Source of the DNA: Chloroflexota bacterium
GTDB taxonomy: Bacteria > Chloroflexota > Dehalococcoidia > JACVQG01
Assembly: GCA_016210545.1 (NCBI GenBank)
Contig: JACQTY010000032.1
Location: forward strand, 1 to 53,212
Length of the DNA: 53,212 nt
Direction of reading: 5' to 3'
Of this stretch, positions 35,335 to 45,188 are shown piece by piece. The notes beneath the pieces were generated by a model. It had not been told where the DNA came from, made no database searches, and worked only from the letters and a program-made list of their open reading frames with translations. The first letter of the stretch is position 1, and each line of letters starts with the position of its first letter. Made by a program: the position numbers and the translations under genes.

Positions 35335-36102
35335 ATGTGGAACCAGTTCAAGACTGATGCCTACGAGGGCCTGCTTGCAGACACCACCACCATCACCGGG
35401 CATAAAGGTGATCTCATCAACTCCTACTTGGTACGGCCGCTGGGACCGGGGCCCTTCCCCGGCATTGTCCTGGTCCACCACCTTCCCGGATGGGACGAGT
35501 TCTACAGGGAGACGGCCCGCCGCTTCACCCAGCACGGCTATGTGGTCATCTGTCCAAACCTCTTCTATCGTTTCGGACATGGAACGCCGGAGGATGTGGC
35601 AGCCAGGGCGCGGGGGCAGGGCGGCGTCCCCGATGACAGCGTGGTGGGCGACTGCGAGGCAGCCCTGCGCTACCTGAAGTCGCTTCCGTACAGCAACGGC
35701 AAGGCGGGTATTATCGGCACCTGCTCCGGCGGCCGCCACGCCTTCCTGGTGGCCTGCCGCGCTAAGGGGTTCAACGCGGCGGTGGACTGCTGGGGCGGAC
35801 GGGTGGTCATGTCCAAGGAGGAGCTGACGGCCCAAACCCCGGTCGCCCCCATCGACTACACCCGGGACCTGTCGTCCCCTTTGCTGGGACTCTTCGGCAA
35901 CGACGACCAGAACCCCTCGCCCGAGCACGTCAACCGGCTTGAGGCGGAGCTGAAGAAGCATGGAAAGACCTACGAGTTCCACCGCTACGACGGCGCCGGC
36001 CACGGCTTCTGGTACTACGACCGGGCCGCCTACCGCCCTCAGCAGGCTATGGACGCCTGGCAGAAGGTCTTTGCATTCTTCGGCAGGCATTTGTCGGGCT
36101 GA
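35335..36102 (+). CDS. dienelactone hydrolase-family alpha/beta hydrolase
   Basis: 255 aa. The PGIVLVHH..G pattern, nucleophile-elbow-like GTCSGG and a C-terminal GAGHGF are typical of the DLH family. Confidence 0.8.
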   Translation: MWNQFKTDAYEGLLADTTTITGHKGDLINSYLVRPLGPGPFPGIVLVHHLPGWDEFYRETARRFTQHGYVVICPNLFYRFGHGTPEDVAARARGQGGVPDDSVVGDCEAALRYLKSLPYSNGKAGIIGTCSGGRHAFLVACRAKGFNAAVDCWGGRVVMSKEELTAQTPVAPIDYTRDLSSPLLGLFGNDDQNPSPEHVNRLEAELKKHGKTYEFHRYDGAGHGFWYYDRAAYRPQQAMDAWQKVFAFFGRHLSG

Positions 36103-36273
36103 CAAAGGATGAAGATGGGCTTCAGCGTCGCGTGGAGCGCAAGGCAGGCGCCATCCTGTCGCAGCGAAGCGAAGACTCCGTGCGCGGAGAGCTTGTCGAA
36201 GGACCCCGACAGGTCGGGGCCGACGCTTCGATCCCGACAAGTCGGGACGCGGCGTCCGATCGCCTTGTTTTCG

Positions 36274-36540
36274 ATGGATATAGGAGGTAATGTGTCATCC
36301 CTGCAGTTCATCATAGATAGCATCTGCGCCAACTTCACCATCGACTCCATGTACGAACTGGTGAAGGCGCGGCTTGGACAGGGGCCATTGTTGGTGGGCG
36401 AGATCGCCCGGGACATCCGTTGCAAGGACCGTACCCTGGACTTCGATAGCTCGAAAAAGCTCGCCGAGGCGGCCCTGGAGGCCCTGGCGCAGCGCGGGGA
36501 CATAACGATAGAAGGCAACTACGTCTATCCGGCGGGCTGA
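36274..36540 (+). CDS. small hypothetical protein
   Basis: C-terminal part of track ORF 36109..36540; the upstream part is REP hairpin sequence. Start is ATG 36274 or GTG 36292 (after AGGAGG). Confidence 0.4.
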   Translation: MDIGGNVSSLQFIIDSICANFTIDSMYELVKARLGQGPLLVGEIARDIRCKDRTLDFDSSKKLAEAALEALAQRGDITIEGNYVYPAG

Positions 36541-36552
36541 AAGGAATGCAGG

Positions 36553-37695
36553 ATGAGGAACCTATTAGCATTGAGTGTGGCTATGTCAATCGTGCTCCTC
36601 GTGATGGTGGGCTGTGCTTCAAGTTCACCTGTTCCTCTCTCGGGTACCCCCACGCCTGTAGCATCGGCGCCCTCCACATCGGCGCCCGCCTCAATGCCTG
36701 CCCCAACAGGGGATGCCGAGTGGGCGAAGGTGGTAGCAGAGGCTCAAAAAGAGGGAAAGGTTAACATTTATACCTTTTGGATAACTGGCGACGCCAGTAA
36801 AGCTGTGGCCGATGCTTTCGAGAAGAGGTATGGCATCAAGGTGGAAATGGTTACTGGTGTGGGCTCAGTCCTGATTGAAAGGATCAAAACCGAACAGATT
36901 GCTACTAAATATGTCGCCGACACCTTCGATTCTGCCATTTCCCTCGTGGCCATGGCCAAGGAACAAGGTCTTCTGCAGAAGTGGGGTTATCTCCCCATTC
37001 TTTCTGAGAAGGACGTGTGGCGAATACCTCCGCGTGTAGATGCCGAAGACCAGATCGTTGACGGTGGTGTAGGGCACGTGACCACGATGGTTAATACATC
37101 CCTTGTAAAGTCGGGCGATGAACCCAAATCCTTTAAGGATTTCCTGGACCCCAAATGGGGTGGCGGCAAGATATCAATTGCATCCCCCGTCACTGCACCG
37201 GTCTCGATAATGGCCTATGTGGCCAAGATGGTTGACGATGACTTTTTCATACGCCTGGGTAAGAACAATCCGAAAATAGGGCCGACTGTGCGCGACTCTA
37301 TAAACGCTGTTGCAAGGAGTGAAGCAGCCGTTGAGTTCTTGATGACAGACTCCATTACAGCTACGTTGGTGGCCAGGGGCGCTCCGTTAAAGGCCATCGA
37401 ACTGACAGAGGGCGCACTGCGCATCCACGGCTTGACCATAACGCTGGCGAAGAATGCCCCACACGCCAATGCGGCGCGGGTCTTCACCAACTGGCTTCTC
37501 TCACGTGAAGGTCAAGAGGCTTACCACAAGGCATCGTCAAGTACCCCGGTCAGGAAGGACATGCCCAGCTTTATGCCCGCTGCGGTGACAGTCGACTACA
37601 AGAAAGTTACCAACCTCGGCCTTGAAGACATGTTGAAAGTTTCTAAGATACAGGGGGAAGGGACTGTGGCGAAGCTTTTGGGCCTTATGAAATAG
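36553..37695 (+). CDS. ABC-transporter periplasmic substrate-binding lipoprotein (family 1, iron(III)/polyamine-like)
   Basis: 380 aa. Signal peptide with lipobox LVMVGC. Fold pattern of SBP_bac_1/6 proteins. Confidence 0.7.
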   Translation: MRNLLALSVAMSIVLLVMVGCASSSPVPLSGTPTPVASAPSTSAPASMPAPTGDAEWAKVVAEAQKEGKVNIYTFWITGDASKAVADAFEKRYGIKVEMVTGVGSVLIERIKTEQIATKYVADTFDSAISLVAMAKEQGLLQKWGYLPILSEKDVWRIPPRVDAEDQIVDGGVGHVTTMVNTSLVKSGDEPKSFKDFLDPKWGGGKISIASPVTAPVSIMAYVAKMVDDDFFIRLGKNNPKIGPTVRDSINAVARSEAAVEFLMTDSITATLVARGAPLKAIELTEGALRIHGLTITLAKNAPHANAARVFTNWLLSREGQEAYHKASSSTPVRKDMPSFMPAAVTVDYKKVTNLGLEDMLKVSKIQGEGTVAKLLGLMK

Positions 37696-37724
37696 GCCCC
37701 TTCGCCGCGTCCTGCCGCATATTT

Positions 37725-38948
37725 CTATTCCAGTTGCCGTACCTTCGGCTGGGTGATGGCCAGGGCGGCGGCCGCCAGCATGATCACGGCGCCGCCCATC
37801 CCCAGGGCGAAGGGAGCGCCCAGCAGGCCCGCCACGGCGCCCGCCTGCAGACTGCCCAGCGGCACGGCGCCCCAGGTGAACACATAGATACCCATGACCC
37901 GGCCGCGAAGTTCATCGGACACGCTGCCCAGGAGCAGCGTCTGCACCATTATCATCACAGTGGTATGCATCAGACCTACCACTGCCAGCATGAGCAGCGA
38001 AAGATAGAACCATGAGGACAGGGAAAAGAGGAGCAGCACCGCTCCCAATCCCAGGAATCCTCCCAGCATCAGCCACCCCCGTCGACGCACCTGGCTGAAA
38101 GAGGCCAGCACCAGAGCGCCTGCCATCTCTCCAAAGCCCTCAGCGGCATAAAGGAAGCCCAGGCCGGTTGGCCCTACTTCCAGGATGTCCCGTGCAAACA
38201 AAGGCATCAGCATATGATAGGCGCCGAAGGTATCGAAAGCGATCTCTACAGCCAGGATGCCCAGTATCTGGGGCTGGCCCCGAACATAGTTCCATGCCAA
38301 AAGGAAGTCCTTCCAGATAGACTGCCTCCTCAGACTGGCCAGGACCGGCGGCGAATGCAGCATCAGGAGCGATACTACCCCGAGGAGGAAAGCGGCCCCA
38401 ACTACGTAGAGAGTCCCTCCAACACCGAGAAAGCCGATCAACGCCCCGGCCAATGGGGCGCCGGCAATGGAACCGGTGCGCTGGGCGATGCGGTTGAGGG
38501 CCACGGCATTCAGGAGATCATGCTTGCCCACCAGATCGTAGATCATGGTCTGCCGCGCGGGCTGGTCGAAGGCCAGAGCCGTGCCCCCTAGCAGGGCGAT
38601 AACCAGGACCTGCCATATCTCGACGCGCCCGGCAACCACGAGGGATGCGGCGAGAAACTGGAGGGACACCATGCATGTCTGGGCTATCAGCATCAGCCGG
38701 CGCCGGCCCATGGTGTCAGACAGCACGCCCGCCAGGGCGCCGAAGAACACGGAGGGTAGTGTCCGGCAAGCCCAGACCGCTCCCAGGACAAAGGGTGAGC
38801 CGCCGAGGTCCAGCACCAGCCAGCTCAGCGCCACCCACTCCATCCACCTCCCCATGGTCCAGAAGAAGATGTTGAGCCACAGCCACCGGTAGTCCTGGTG
38901 GCGCAAGGCAGAGAACGTCTGAAGTCTTCCCGATCTGTGTTCGGCCAC
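37725..38948 (-). CDS. MFS transporter (EntS/MFS_3-like)
   Basis: 407 aa, about 12 hydrophobic helices, with the MFS loop motif D..GRRR. Confidence 0.8.
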   Translation of the reverse strand: MAEHRSGRLQTFSALRHQDYRWLWLNIFFWTMGRWMEWVALSWLVLDLGGSPFVLGAVWACRTLPSVFFGALAGVLSDTMGRRRLMLIAQTCMVSLQFLAASLVVAGRVEIWQVLVIALLGGTALAFDQPARQTMIYDLVGKHDLLNAVALNRIAQRTGSIAGAPLAGALIGFLGVGGTLYVVGAAFLLGVVSLLMLHSPPVLASLRRQSIWKDFLLAWNYVRGQPQILGILAVEIAFDTFGAYHMLMPLFARDILEVGPTGLGFLYAAEGFGEMAGALVLASFSQVRRRGWLMLGGFLGLGAVLLLFSLSSWFYLSLLMLAVVGLMHTTVMIMVQTLLLGSVSDELRGRVMGIYVFTWGAVPLGSLQAGAVAGLLGAPFALGMGGAVIMLAAAALAITQPKVRQLE

Positions 38949-39067
38949 TGTGCGTCAATATTGCCACAGCGGGCTTCGGGAAGCAATGGCATGGAGGCTA
39001 ACAGGATTTCCCCTGGCCGCTCTGCCGGGTCATACGGCATGGCGTTGGGTTGGGCAAGGCCCGTTGA

Positions 39068-40996
39068 CTACGCCACCCCCGGTCCGCCGGGACTGTTCTT
39101 CAACCCCTCTCCGATATCCCCCATCCCCAGGTCGGCCAGTTTAGACATGGTCTGAAGCCCCGTAGCCACGTCCCAACCCCTCAGGGCATAGTACTCATCC
39201 TTCATCTTCTCGAACTTCTGCCGGTCAAACACCTCTCCCTTGCGGCAAAGGGGTTCCCCGTTCTTCCCCGGCACCAGGCAGTCGGGCTGCACGAAGTGCT
39301 GGCGCAACGGCGAGGTGAACCACGCGGGCGTTACGGTATCGGCATCCCTGCCCCGGTGTCCCTCCCTGGTCAGGATGGCCCTCTGCAGGTTGAAAATCCG
39401 CTCTCCAAATCTGTTAAGCTCCGCCTCACTCGTCTCTTTGCCGGTGACAGCCGAGTATACCTTGCTTTCAAAAGCAGGATCGCCCACATGGTCTTCAGAA
39501 TTCTCCACGTCGATGATGGGCCACAAGCAGTCACAGAGAATGAGGCTTTCCTTGACGTACTGACGGTCCTGGATTTTCAGGGCGCACAGCGCTTTTCCCT
39601 CGTAGGTGGAGAAGTCGGCGGCCAGTTCGCCGCCCCAGAACCTCCGGGCGATAGCGCGGACTGCGTCGGTGGAAAGGTAGGCCCCCGGCTCTTTCTTGAC
39701 CCACCTGACCCACCTGCCCATGAGCAGACTCAACTCGTGGAGTTGCTGAATGGGCCGGCGCGGCTCCATGGCCAGGATAAGCCCGGTGGTGAGGTACAGA
39801 CGAGGCTCGTAGCCGCTGCGCTCACCCGACAAAGTAAGGTAGTCGGTAAGTTCCGCTTGTGCTTTCGGCCCCAGGCTCTCCGCCGCTTTGAGAGTCCCCC
39901 GGGCCAGCACCTCACCGAAGCCCTCGCGCAGGGCCATCTTCCTGACCAGGGACTCCATGAACTCCAGGCTACCGGCCTTGGATAGCGGTATGCCTGTGCT
40001 TTCATCGGTAAGGATACCGGCCTGGAAGCAGCGCCACAACCAGAGGACCATGACCTCCAGGGCGTTGGTATCTACGCCATACTGATTGCAGAGGTGCGCC
40101 GTCAGAAAGGGCACCTCAGTCTTGCCCCCGTAATACTTCTCGGCGCGGGCCTGGTAAAAGAAGCTGGCCTGGCACATGAACTTGCTCTTCAGACCGTTCT
40201 TCGCCTGATAGATGCGGCGGGCGCAGTTGCCGATGCAGCCATAGCACACATCTTTCTTGGTCTGGGGGCCGGTTGTCAGAGCCTCTCCCGAGGGCGGAGC
40301 GCCTCCCCTCAGCAACCGGAAGGTATCCAGCAACTCGTGGAACCTCTCGGGGCTAGCCACGGGAAAGGCTTTCCTGGCGCCCTTCACCACCACGGCCTTG
40401 AGTTTCTTGGAGCCCATGACCGCCCCCAGCCCACCCGATCCGCTGGCATCGTTATCGGCCAGGAGAGTGGCCAGGGCCACCTGGTTTTCCCCCGCCGGCC
40501 CGGTAGTCACCACCTTTACCGAGCTTCCCAGCTCAGCCTTGAGCGTCTCCCGCGTTTCTATAGCCCCCTTGCCCCACAGGGCGGAGGCATCCCTTAACTC
40601 GGCTTTATCGTCATGCAGGAAGAGATACGTCGGCTTATCGGCCTTGCCGTGGACGACCAGGGCATCGTAGCCAGCGAACTTGAGCTCAGCCCCCCAGTGG
40701 CCGCCGAAGTTGGAGTAGGTGAAATGCTCCGGAGAGAGGGCCGGCGACTTGCCGCAGGCCACCCAGCGAGTCGCGCCGATGGCCGGATAGCAGCCCAGGG
40801 GGCCGGTGGCAAAGATGAGGCGGTTTTCCGGGTCCAGGGCCTTGACCTGGGGAGGGACTTCGTCCCAGTAGATCTTGGCGGCAATGCCCCGTCCCCCCAG
40901 GAACCTTTCGGCGCAGGCCGCCGTCGGCGCCTCAGTGCTCTTTCCCGTGGACAAGTCCACCCGGAGGACCTTTCCTGTATATGGGGAGACACCCAT
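39068..40996 (-). CDS. aldehyde:ferredoxin oxidoreductase family protein (second paralogue)
   Basis: Track ORF extends to 41062. Start ATG 40996 lies 6 nt after AGGAGG (MGVSPYTGKVLRVDLSTG..). AOR N- and C-terminal domains are recognisable. Confidence 0.85.
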   Translation of the reverse strand: MGVSPYTGKVLRVDLSTGKSTEAPTAACAERFLGGRGIAAKIYWDEVPPQVKALDPENRLIFATGPLGCYPAIGATRWVACGKSPALSPEHFTYSNFGGHWGAELKFAGYDALVVHGKADKPTYLFLHDDKAELRDASALWGKGAIETRETLKAELGSSVKVVTTGPAGENQVALATLLADNDASGSGGLGAVMGSKKLKAVVVKGARKAFPVASPERFHELLDTFRLLRGGAPPSGEALTTGPQTKKDVCYGCIGNCARRIYQAKNGLKSKFMCQASFFYQARAEKYYGGKTEVPFLTAHLCNQYGVDTNALEVMVLWLWRCFQAGILTDESTGIPLSKAGSLEFMESLVRKMALREGFGEVLARGTLKAAESLGPKAQAELTDYLTLSGERSGYEPRLYLTTGLILAMEPRRPIQQLHELSLLMGRWVRWVKKEPGAYLSTDAVRAIARRFWGGELAADFSTYEGKALCALKIQDRQYVKESLILCDCLWPIIDVENSEDHVGDPAFESKVYSAVTGKETSEAELNRFGERIFNLQRAILTREGHRGRDADTVTPAWFTSPLRQHFVQPDCLVPGKNGEPLCRKGEVFDRQKFEKMKDEYYALRGWDVATGLQTMSKLADLGMGDIGEGLKNSPGGPGVA

Positions 40997-41300
40997 TCCT
41001 AGCCTCCTATCCCTCGGGGCTGCGTTTTCCGACATTATACACCCTCGTGGCCGGACTTCCACGTTAACGTAGCCAACGGGTGACGGATTTCAACGGCCCC
41101 TGGTTCCTTGACGCACTTTGGAGGGCGGGCGTACAATATGATGCTAACCATAGGCAATACTATTCATAGGCAGCTTGGGCATGTGGGGTCTGAGTCATCT
41201 ATGAAACACATTATCACGTCCTTGAAGGACCGGGTATGATGGGCAAAGACCTCAAGTCAGAGCTCCAGAATAGCGTAATCTGGATAGTGGGAGGAGAAAA

Positions 41301-41807
41301 ATGAGTGTCATATTGAGGGGAGGGAATCCCTGGAATAGGCTGGTAGCCCTTTTGGCAATCGGGCTATTGGTCCTGGGAGGGTGCGCCCCGTATCGCGCCC
41401 CTGTGGCTCCCGCGCCGGGGCCGGCTGCACCTTCGCAGATGCAGCCTGCCGTGAGCGTCGTGTCGCCGGGCGAGGGGGCGAGCCTGCTGGCAGGAGACAT
41501 CCCGGTTACCGTCCAGGTGAGCGACTTCACCGTGGTGGACAAGCAGGGGCTGGCAGCCGTGGCTGGAGAGGGGCATATTCACTACTTCCTGGACGTGAGT
41601 GCTCCAACCACGCCCGGTAAGCCGGCAGTCCCCGAAAGCGGCGAGTGGGCACATGTGGCGTCGACCAGCCATACGTTTGTCAACGTAGGCGAGGGCATGC
41701 ATACCATCTCGGTGGAGCTGGTCAATAATGACCACACCCCGCTGACGCGACCCGTCGTAGCCACCGTGACCTTCACAGTGGCCGCCGAGGGTGGGACCCT
41801 TTATTAG
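41301..41807 (+). CDS. secreted lipoprotein, function unknown (DUF4399-like GEGHIHYFLD motif)
   Basis: 168 aa. Signal peptide with lipobox LVLGGC. SD GGGAGGAG. Confidence 0.5.
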   Translation: MSVILRGGNPWNRLVALLAIGLLVLGGCAPYRAPVAPAPGPAAPSQMQPAVSVVSPGEGASLLAGDIPVTVQVSDFTVVDKQGLAAVAGEGHIHYFLDVSAPTTPGKPAVPESGEWAHVASTSHTFVNVGEGMHTISVELVNNDHTPLTRPVVATVTFTVAAEGGTLY

Positions 41808-41920
41808 CGTATATGCGGTGTAGAGGTCGGGATGAAGCATGTCCCCGGACTTCCGGGGGCATGCTTTTTGGCATGTTATGCCTGTAGACTTGCCATTTTC
41901 AGGGCTGGTCAGGGTGGTAG

Positions 41921-41994
41921 CGCGCCTGGGGGGATTCGAACCCCCGACCCTCAGTTCCGAAGACTGATGCTCTGGTCCGCTGAGCTACAGGCGC
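41921..41994 (-). tRNA. tRNA-Arg (anticodon TCG)
   Basis: Hand-folded 74-nt cloverleaf. Acceptor GCGCCTG/CAGGCGC, D stem GCTC/GAGC, anticodon stem TCAGT/ACTGA with loop CTTCGGA, T arm GGGGG-TTCGAAT-CCCCC. No CCA is encoded. Confidence 0.85.
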
Positions 41995-42156
41995 ACATCC
42001 AATTGCCCCCACGCGATGGACATCAGAAAAGGCTTGGTGGGGACTTCTCGGGGCCATCCCGTCTGGCGGGACCACCGGCCCGAGCGGGGGGACCGGTCAT
42101 TCGGATTCCGACATTGTTAGGGATTTAGAGCTTCGGGTTTGGGATTTATCGGTAGT

Positions 42157-42234
42157 TGGGGTGAGCGGAGGGATTTGAACCCTCGATCTCCAGGGCCACA
42201 ACCTGGCGCCTTAAACCACTGGGCTACGCCCACC
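42157..42234 (-). tRNA. tRNA-His (anticodon GTG) with encoded G-1 and CCA
   Basis: Hand-folded. G-1 plus acceptor GTGGGCG/CGCTCAC, anticodon stem CCAGG/CCTGG with loop TTGTGGC, T arm GAGGG-TTCAAAT-CCCTC, then C73-CCA. Confidence 0.85.
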
Positions 42235-42406
42235 ATACGACACCATCATATTCTAGCCTGTGCCCAAGACAGGGTCAAGGCGCATTGCCCGGTAGACCCT
42301 CCCCGCCGGGACCGGAGTCGCCGGCTGCGATGGTGTCACGATTGGAGAACCGCGGACGCCGCCTCTGCCCCTGTCTCACGTCTCCGTTTCCGTCTCGGGA
42401 CCGCCC

Positions 42407-43798
42407 CTACTTGCCGACGCAGAACTGGCTGAAGATGGTGTCCAGCAGGTCTTCGCTGGCCGTCTCGCCGGTGATCTCCCCCAGGGCATTCAGGGCATCG
42501 GTAAGGTCCATGGTTATGAAGTCATCGGGCAAGCCGTCCTTCACGCCGGAGAGGGCGCGCCCCAGGCATTGTCGGGCTCGGGCCAGCGCCTGCTGGTGCC
42601 GGGGATTGCTGACCAGCAGCTCGTCAGAGGCGGACACTCGGCCTCCGAGCACATGGCTGACCATCGCCGACTCCAGCTCCGGGAGCCCCTGGCCCGTCAG
42701 CGCGGAAACGGTCAACTTTGGCCAGGCGGCGCCGTCCTTCGACAGGCCCTCCGAGACGGAGTCTTCGCTGCGCTGCGACAGAGTGGCCCCTAACTCGGCC
42801 CTGGCCGGCAGGTCGCACTTGTTGGCCGCGATGAGGCATTGCTTCCCTCGCACCATCTGCCAGATGTCCCGGTCCTCCGGCGTCAACGGCTGGCTGAGGT
42901 CGATAACCATGAGCACCAGGTCGGCCTGCTCCAGCGCCTGCCGGCTCCGTTCCGCGGCGACCGGCTGAAGGGGGTCGGCGGTTACGCCGATCCCGGCGGT
43001 ATCTATGAGCACGAAGGGCACCCCCGACAGGTCGATGGCCTCTTCCAGAGTGTCCCGAGTAGTGCCCGGCAACGGGCTGACGATGGCCCGCTCCCGCTTC
43101 AAAAGGGCATTGAGCAGGTTTGACTTGCCGACGTTAGGGCGGCCTACCAGGGCCACCCTGACGCCCTGCCTGTAGATGATGCCCGCCCGGGCGCTATCGA
43201 TAAGCCGGGCAACCTCTTCGTGCGCCGCCTCCAGAGACGGCAATATCTCCCTCTCCTCGACCTCATCGTCGGGGAAATCGATGCGGGCCGTCAGGTAGGC
43301 CAGGCAGTTGAGCAACGACTGGCGGAGCCCTTTGACCTGCCCGGAGAGCCTGCCCTGAAGGCCGTTCAGCGCCAAACGCCGGCTGGCGTCGGTCTTTGAG
43401 CGGATCATGTCAAGAACGGCCTCGGCCTGGGCCAGGTCAATTCGGCCGTGCAGGAAGGCCCGCAGGGTGAACTCCCCGGGGTGGGCCAGCCTGGCGCCCT
43501 CGCTGAGGACCAACTCCAGGATACGTTGCAACGGGAGCGGCCCGCCGTGGCAGTTTATCTCCACCACGTCCTCGCGGGTGTACGTGTGCGGCGTCGGCAT
43601 CCATGTCGCCAGCACCTCGTCGACCGTCTCGCCATTCGCGGGGTCGACTATGTGGCCGTAGGCGAGCCGGCGGGGGACCAGCTTGCCGGTAAACAGCCGC
43701 CCCACAATGGGAAACGCCTCCGGCCCGCTGAGGCGGACAATGCCTATGCCTCCTTCGCCGATGGGCGTGGAGATGGCGGCGATCGTGTCGTCAATCAC
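42407..43798 (-). CDS. mnmE: tRNA uridine-5-carboxymethylaminomethyl modification GTPase
   Basis: DTIAAISTPIGEGGIGIVRLSG N-terminus, G-domain motifs (GRPNVGKSNLLN, DTAG, NKCD) and the C-terminal FCVGK tail. The track start 43885 is TTG; GTG 43798 gives the canonical N-terminus. Confidence 0.85.
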   Translation of the reverse strand: MIDDTIAAISTPIGEGGIGIVRLSGPEAFPIVGRLFTGKLVPRRLAYGHIVDPANGETVDEVLATWMPTPHTYTREDVVEINCHGGPLPLQRILELVLSEGARLAHPGEFTLRAFLHGRIDLAQAEAVLDMIRSKTDASRRLALNGLQGRLSGQVKGLRQSLLNCLAYLTARIDFPDDEVEEREILPSLEAAHEEVARLIDSARAGIIYRQGVRVALVGRPNVGKSNLLNALLKRERAIVSPLPGTTRDTLEEAIDLSGVPFVLIDTAGIGVTADPLQPVAAERSRQALEQADLVLMVIDLSQPLTPEDRDIWQMVRGKQCLIAANKCDLPARAELGATLSQRSEDSVSEGLSKDGAAWPKLTVSALTGQGLPELESAMVSHVLGGRVSASDELLVSNPRHQQALARARQCLGRALSGVKDGLPDDFITMDLTDALNALGEITGETASEDLLDTIFSQFCVGK

Positions 43799-43878
43799 TT
43801 TTCTGCGCAACCCTGCCTGACGGGTGAGATATGCCAGACTATAGTCAAACAAATTTCTAAATTGTTCCAATAAACTAC

Positions 43879-43938
43879 TTGACAAACAGATAAAGGTGCT
43901 ATAATGGTATTGACAAAGTTAACCCGGTGTGCTACTGT
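43879..43938 (+). promoter_or_regulatory. two tandem near-consensus promoters (TTGACA-15-TGcTATAAT and TTGACA-17-TGcTACTGT)
   Basis: First: TTGACA 43879-43884 and TATAAT 43900-43905. Second: TTGACA 43910-43915 and TACTGT 43933-43938. Both -10 boxes are preceded by TGC. Confidence 0.5.
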
Positions 43939-44132
43939 GATTCGGCTTTACGCCAACTGATCCTGGGGACGCCCGATGCGACTGGGAAAGGGGCAGGATC
44001 CATGGTGAGCATGCGGCGAATTGTGAATCACGCTCCCCTTCTTGCATCTCCCCGCTTCGGCCCCATCAGTATAGGCAGTTACTGGACAGCAAGTCAAACC
44101 ACTCCGAGCAAAATCAGAAAACCGAGGAAACC

Positions 44133-44339
44133 ATGGCTTTAGATTCACTAAAGGGTCTCTTTCTGGGCAGACAGGACATAATCAACGTCGAACTCGGCGA
44201 GCCAAAGTTAGACAAGGCGCTGACGAAGAGATTCTCTGCTCGCAACCGAGGCAGCGTCAGACTGTCCCTCGGACGCTACTACACCAGACAGGAATGGGAG
44301 CAAAGAAGGGCGGAGTTGGTGGCGAAGCAGCTTCCATGA
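44133..44339 (+). CDS. small hypothetical protein (68 aa)
   Basis: ATG preceded by GAGGAAACC. Low GC. Followed by a strong hairpin terminator. Confidence 0.5.
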   Translation: MALDSLKGLFLGRQDIINVELGEPKLDKALTKRFSARNRGSVRLSLGRYYTRQEWEQRRAELVAKQLP

Positions 44340-44360
44340 ATTAGCTTAGGGTCGTCCTCA

Positions 44361-44392
44361 AATAAGGGGCACAAGAGTGCCCCTTATTGTTT
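44361..44392 (+). terminator. rho-independent-type terminator hairpin
   Basis: Perfect 12-bp stem AATAAGGGGCAC-AAGA-GTGCCCCTTATT followed by GTTT. Confidence 0.55.
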
Positions 44393-44426
44393 CCGCCCAT
44401 ACTTCGGTTCGAGGGGGTATGTCAGC

Positions 44427-45089
44427 ATGCCTGTCAGTCTAACGTTTGACAGCGATGAAGCTACATACTTGGACAAGATATCGAAGTTTTACGAGATAAC
44501 AAAAGAGCTACTGATTTTTGGGGAGCAAATAGATCCAGAGAACAATACCCTCAGTCAGACGATAAACGAACTGAGAAACTGCCTCGACCACCTCATGCGG
44601 GTGGTGTCGTTCAAGTTCGGCAACCGTGAAATGGCCGAGGGCGCGAACTACGCAAGAACCAACCTTGACAAAGCTTACGGCCATGTTTATCGAGCAGCTT
44701 ATGATACTCTGGACTGGGTCTCGCTAAACCTGAAAGACCGAATGATATCTGAGTTGAACGGCTTTACGATTGAGACGATACAGGCTGTAATACCAGAGTA
44801 CTTCACAGACATAAAACCGAAGCTAGACCGAATACTCAATGAGGAAGTGACGAAGTTACGATCGGAAAAGGATATAGCCGCCTCCAGCGAAGATAACTTT
44901 ATCAAATACGTCAAGGTTACCGCAGAACTGAAGCAATTGGTGCAGGCAGTCATAGACAAGAAACCCGCGCTGGTGGAGCATCGAACTCGACTCGGGCGAT
45001 CGAATCGCAGGAAGTTGGTAGGGAGAATCCTCGAAAACATAGCCGTGGCGGCCGCCGCTGGCCTACTTGTGTGGGCCTTGACGCGTTGA
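44427..45089 (+). CDS. hypothetical helical protein with an Rx4H motif and a C-terminal membrane anchor
   Basis: 220 aa, low GC. ELRNCLDHLMR (R50-x4-H55, nt 44574-44591). C-terminal hydrophobic helix ILENIAVAAAAGLLVWAL after a basic stretch RLGRSNRRK. Confidence 0.55.
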   Translation: MPVSLTFDSDEATYLDKISKFYEITKELLIFGEQIDPENNTLSQTINELRNCLDHLMRVVSFKFGNREMAEGANYARTNLDKAYGHVYRAAYDTLDWVSLNLKDRMISELNGFTIETIQAVIPEYFTDIKPKLDRILNEEVTKLRSEKDIAASSEDNFIKYVKVTAELKQLVQAVIDKKPALVEHRTRLGRSNRRKLVGRILENIAVAAAAGLLVWALTR

Positions 45090-45188
45090 TGCCTTCACAC
45101 TAGTGAAGTTGTGTAGTCTCACCAGAGTCGTAGTTAGTCCATTACTGGCGCCTCTCGCCAGCATTGCACAGGAGCAATCCGCGTCCCC

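Noticed and set aside
43927-44142. 71-aa plus-strand ORF (and the 43948..44148 minus-strand ORF)
   Set aside because: It has no SD and implausible composition, and it lies entirely within the hairpin-forming leader. The adjacent ORF at 44133 has a proper SD.
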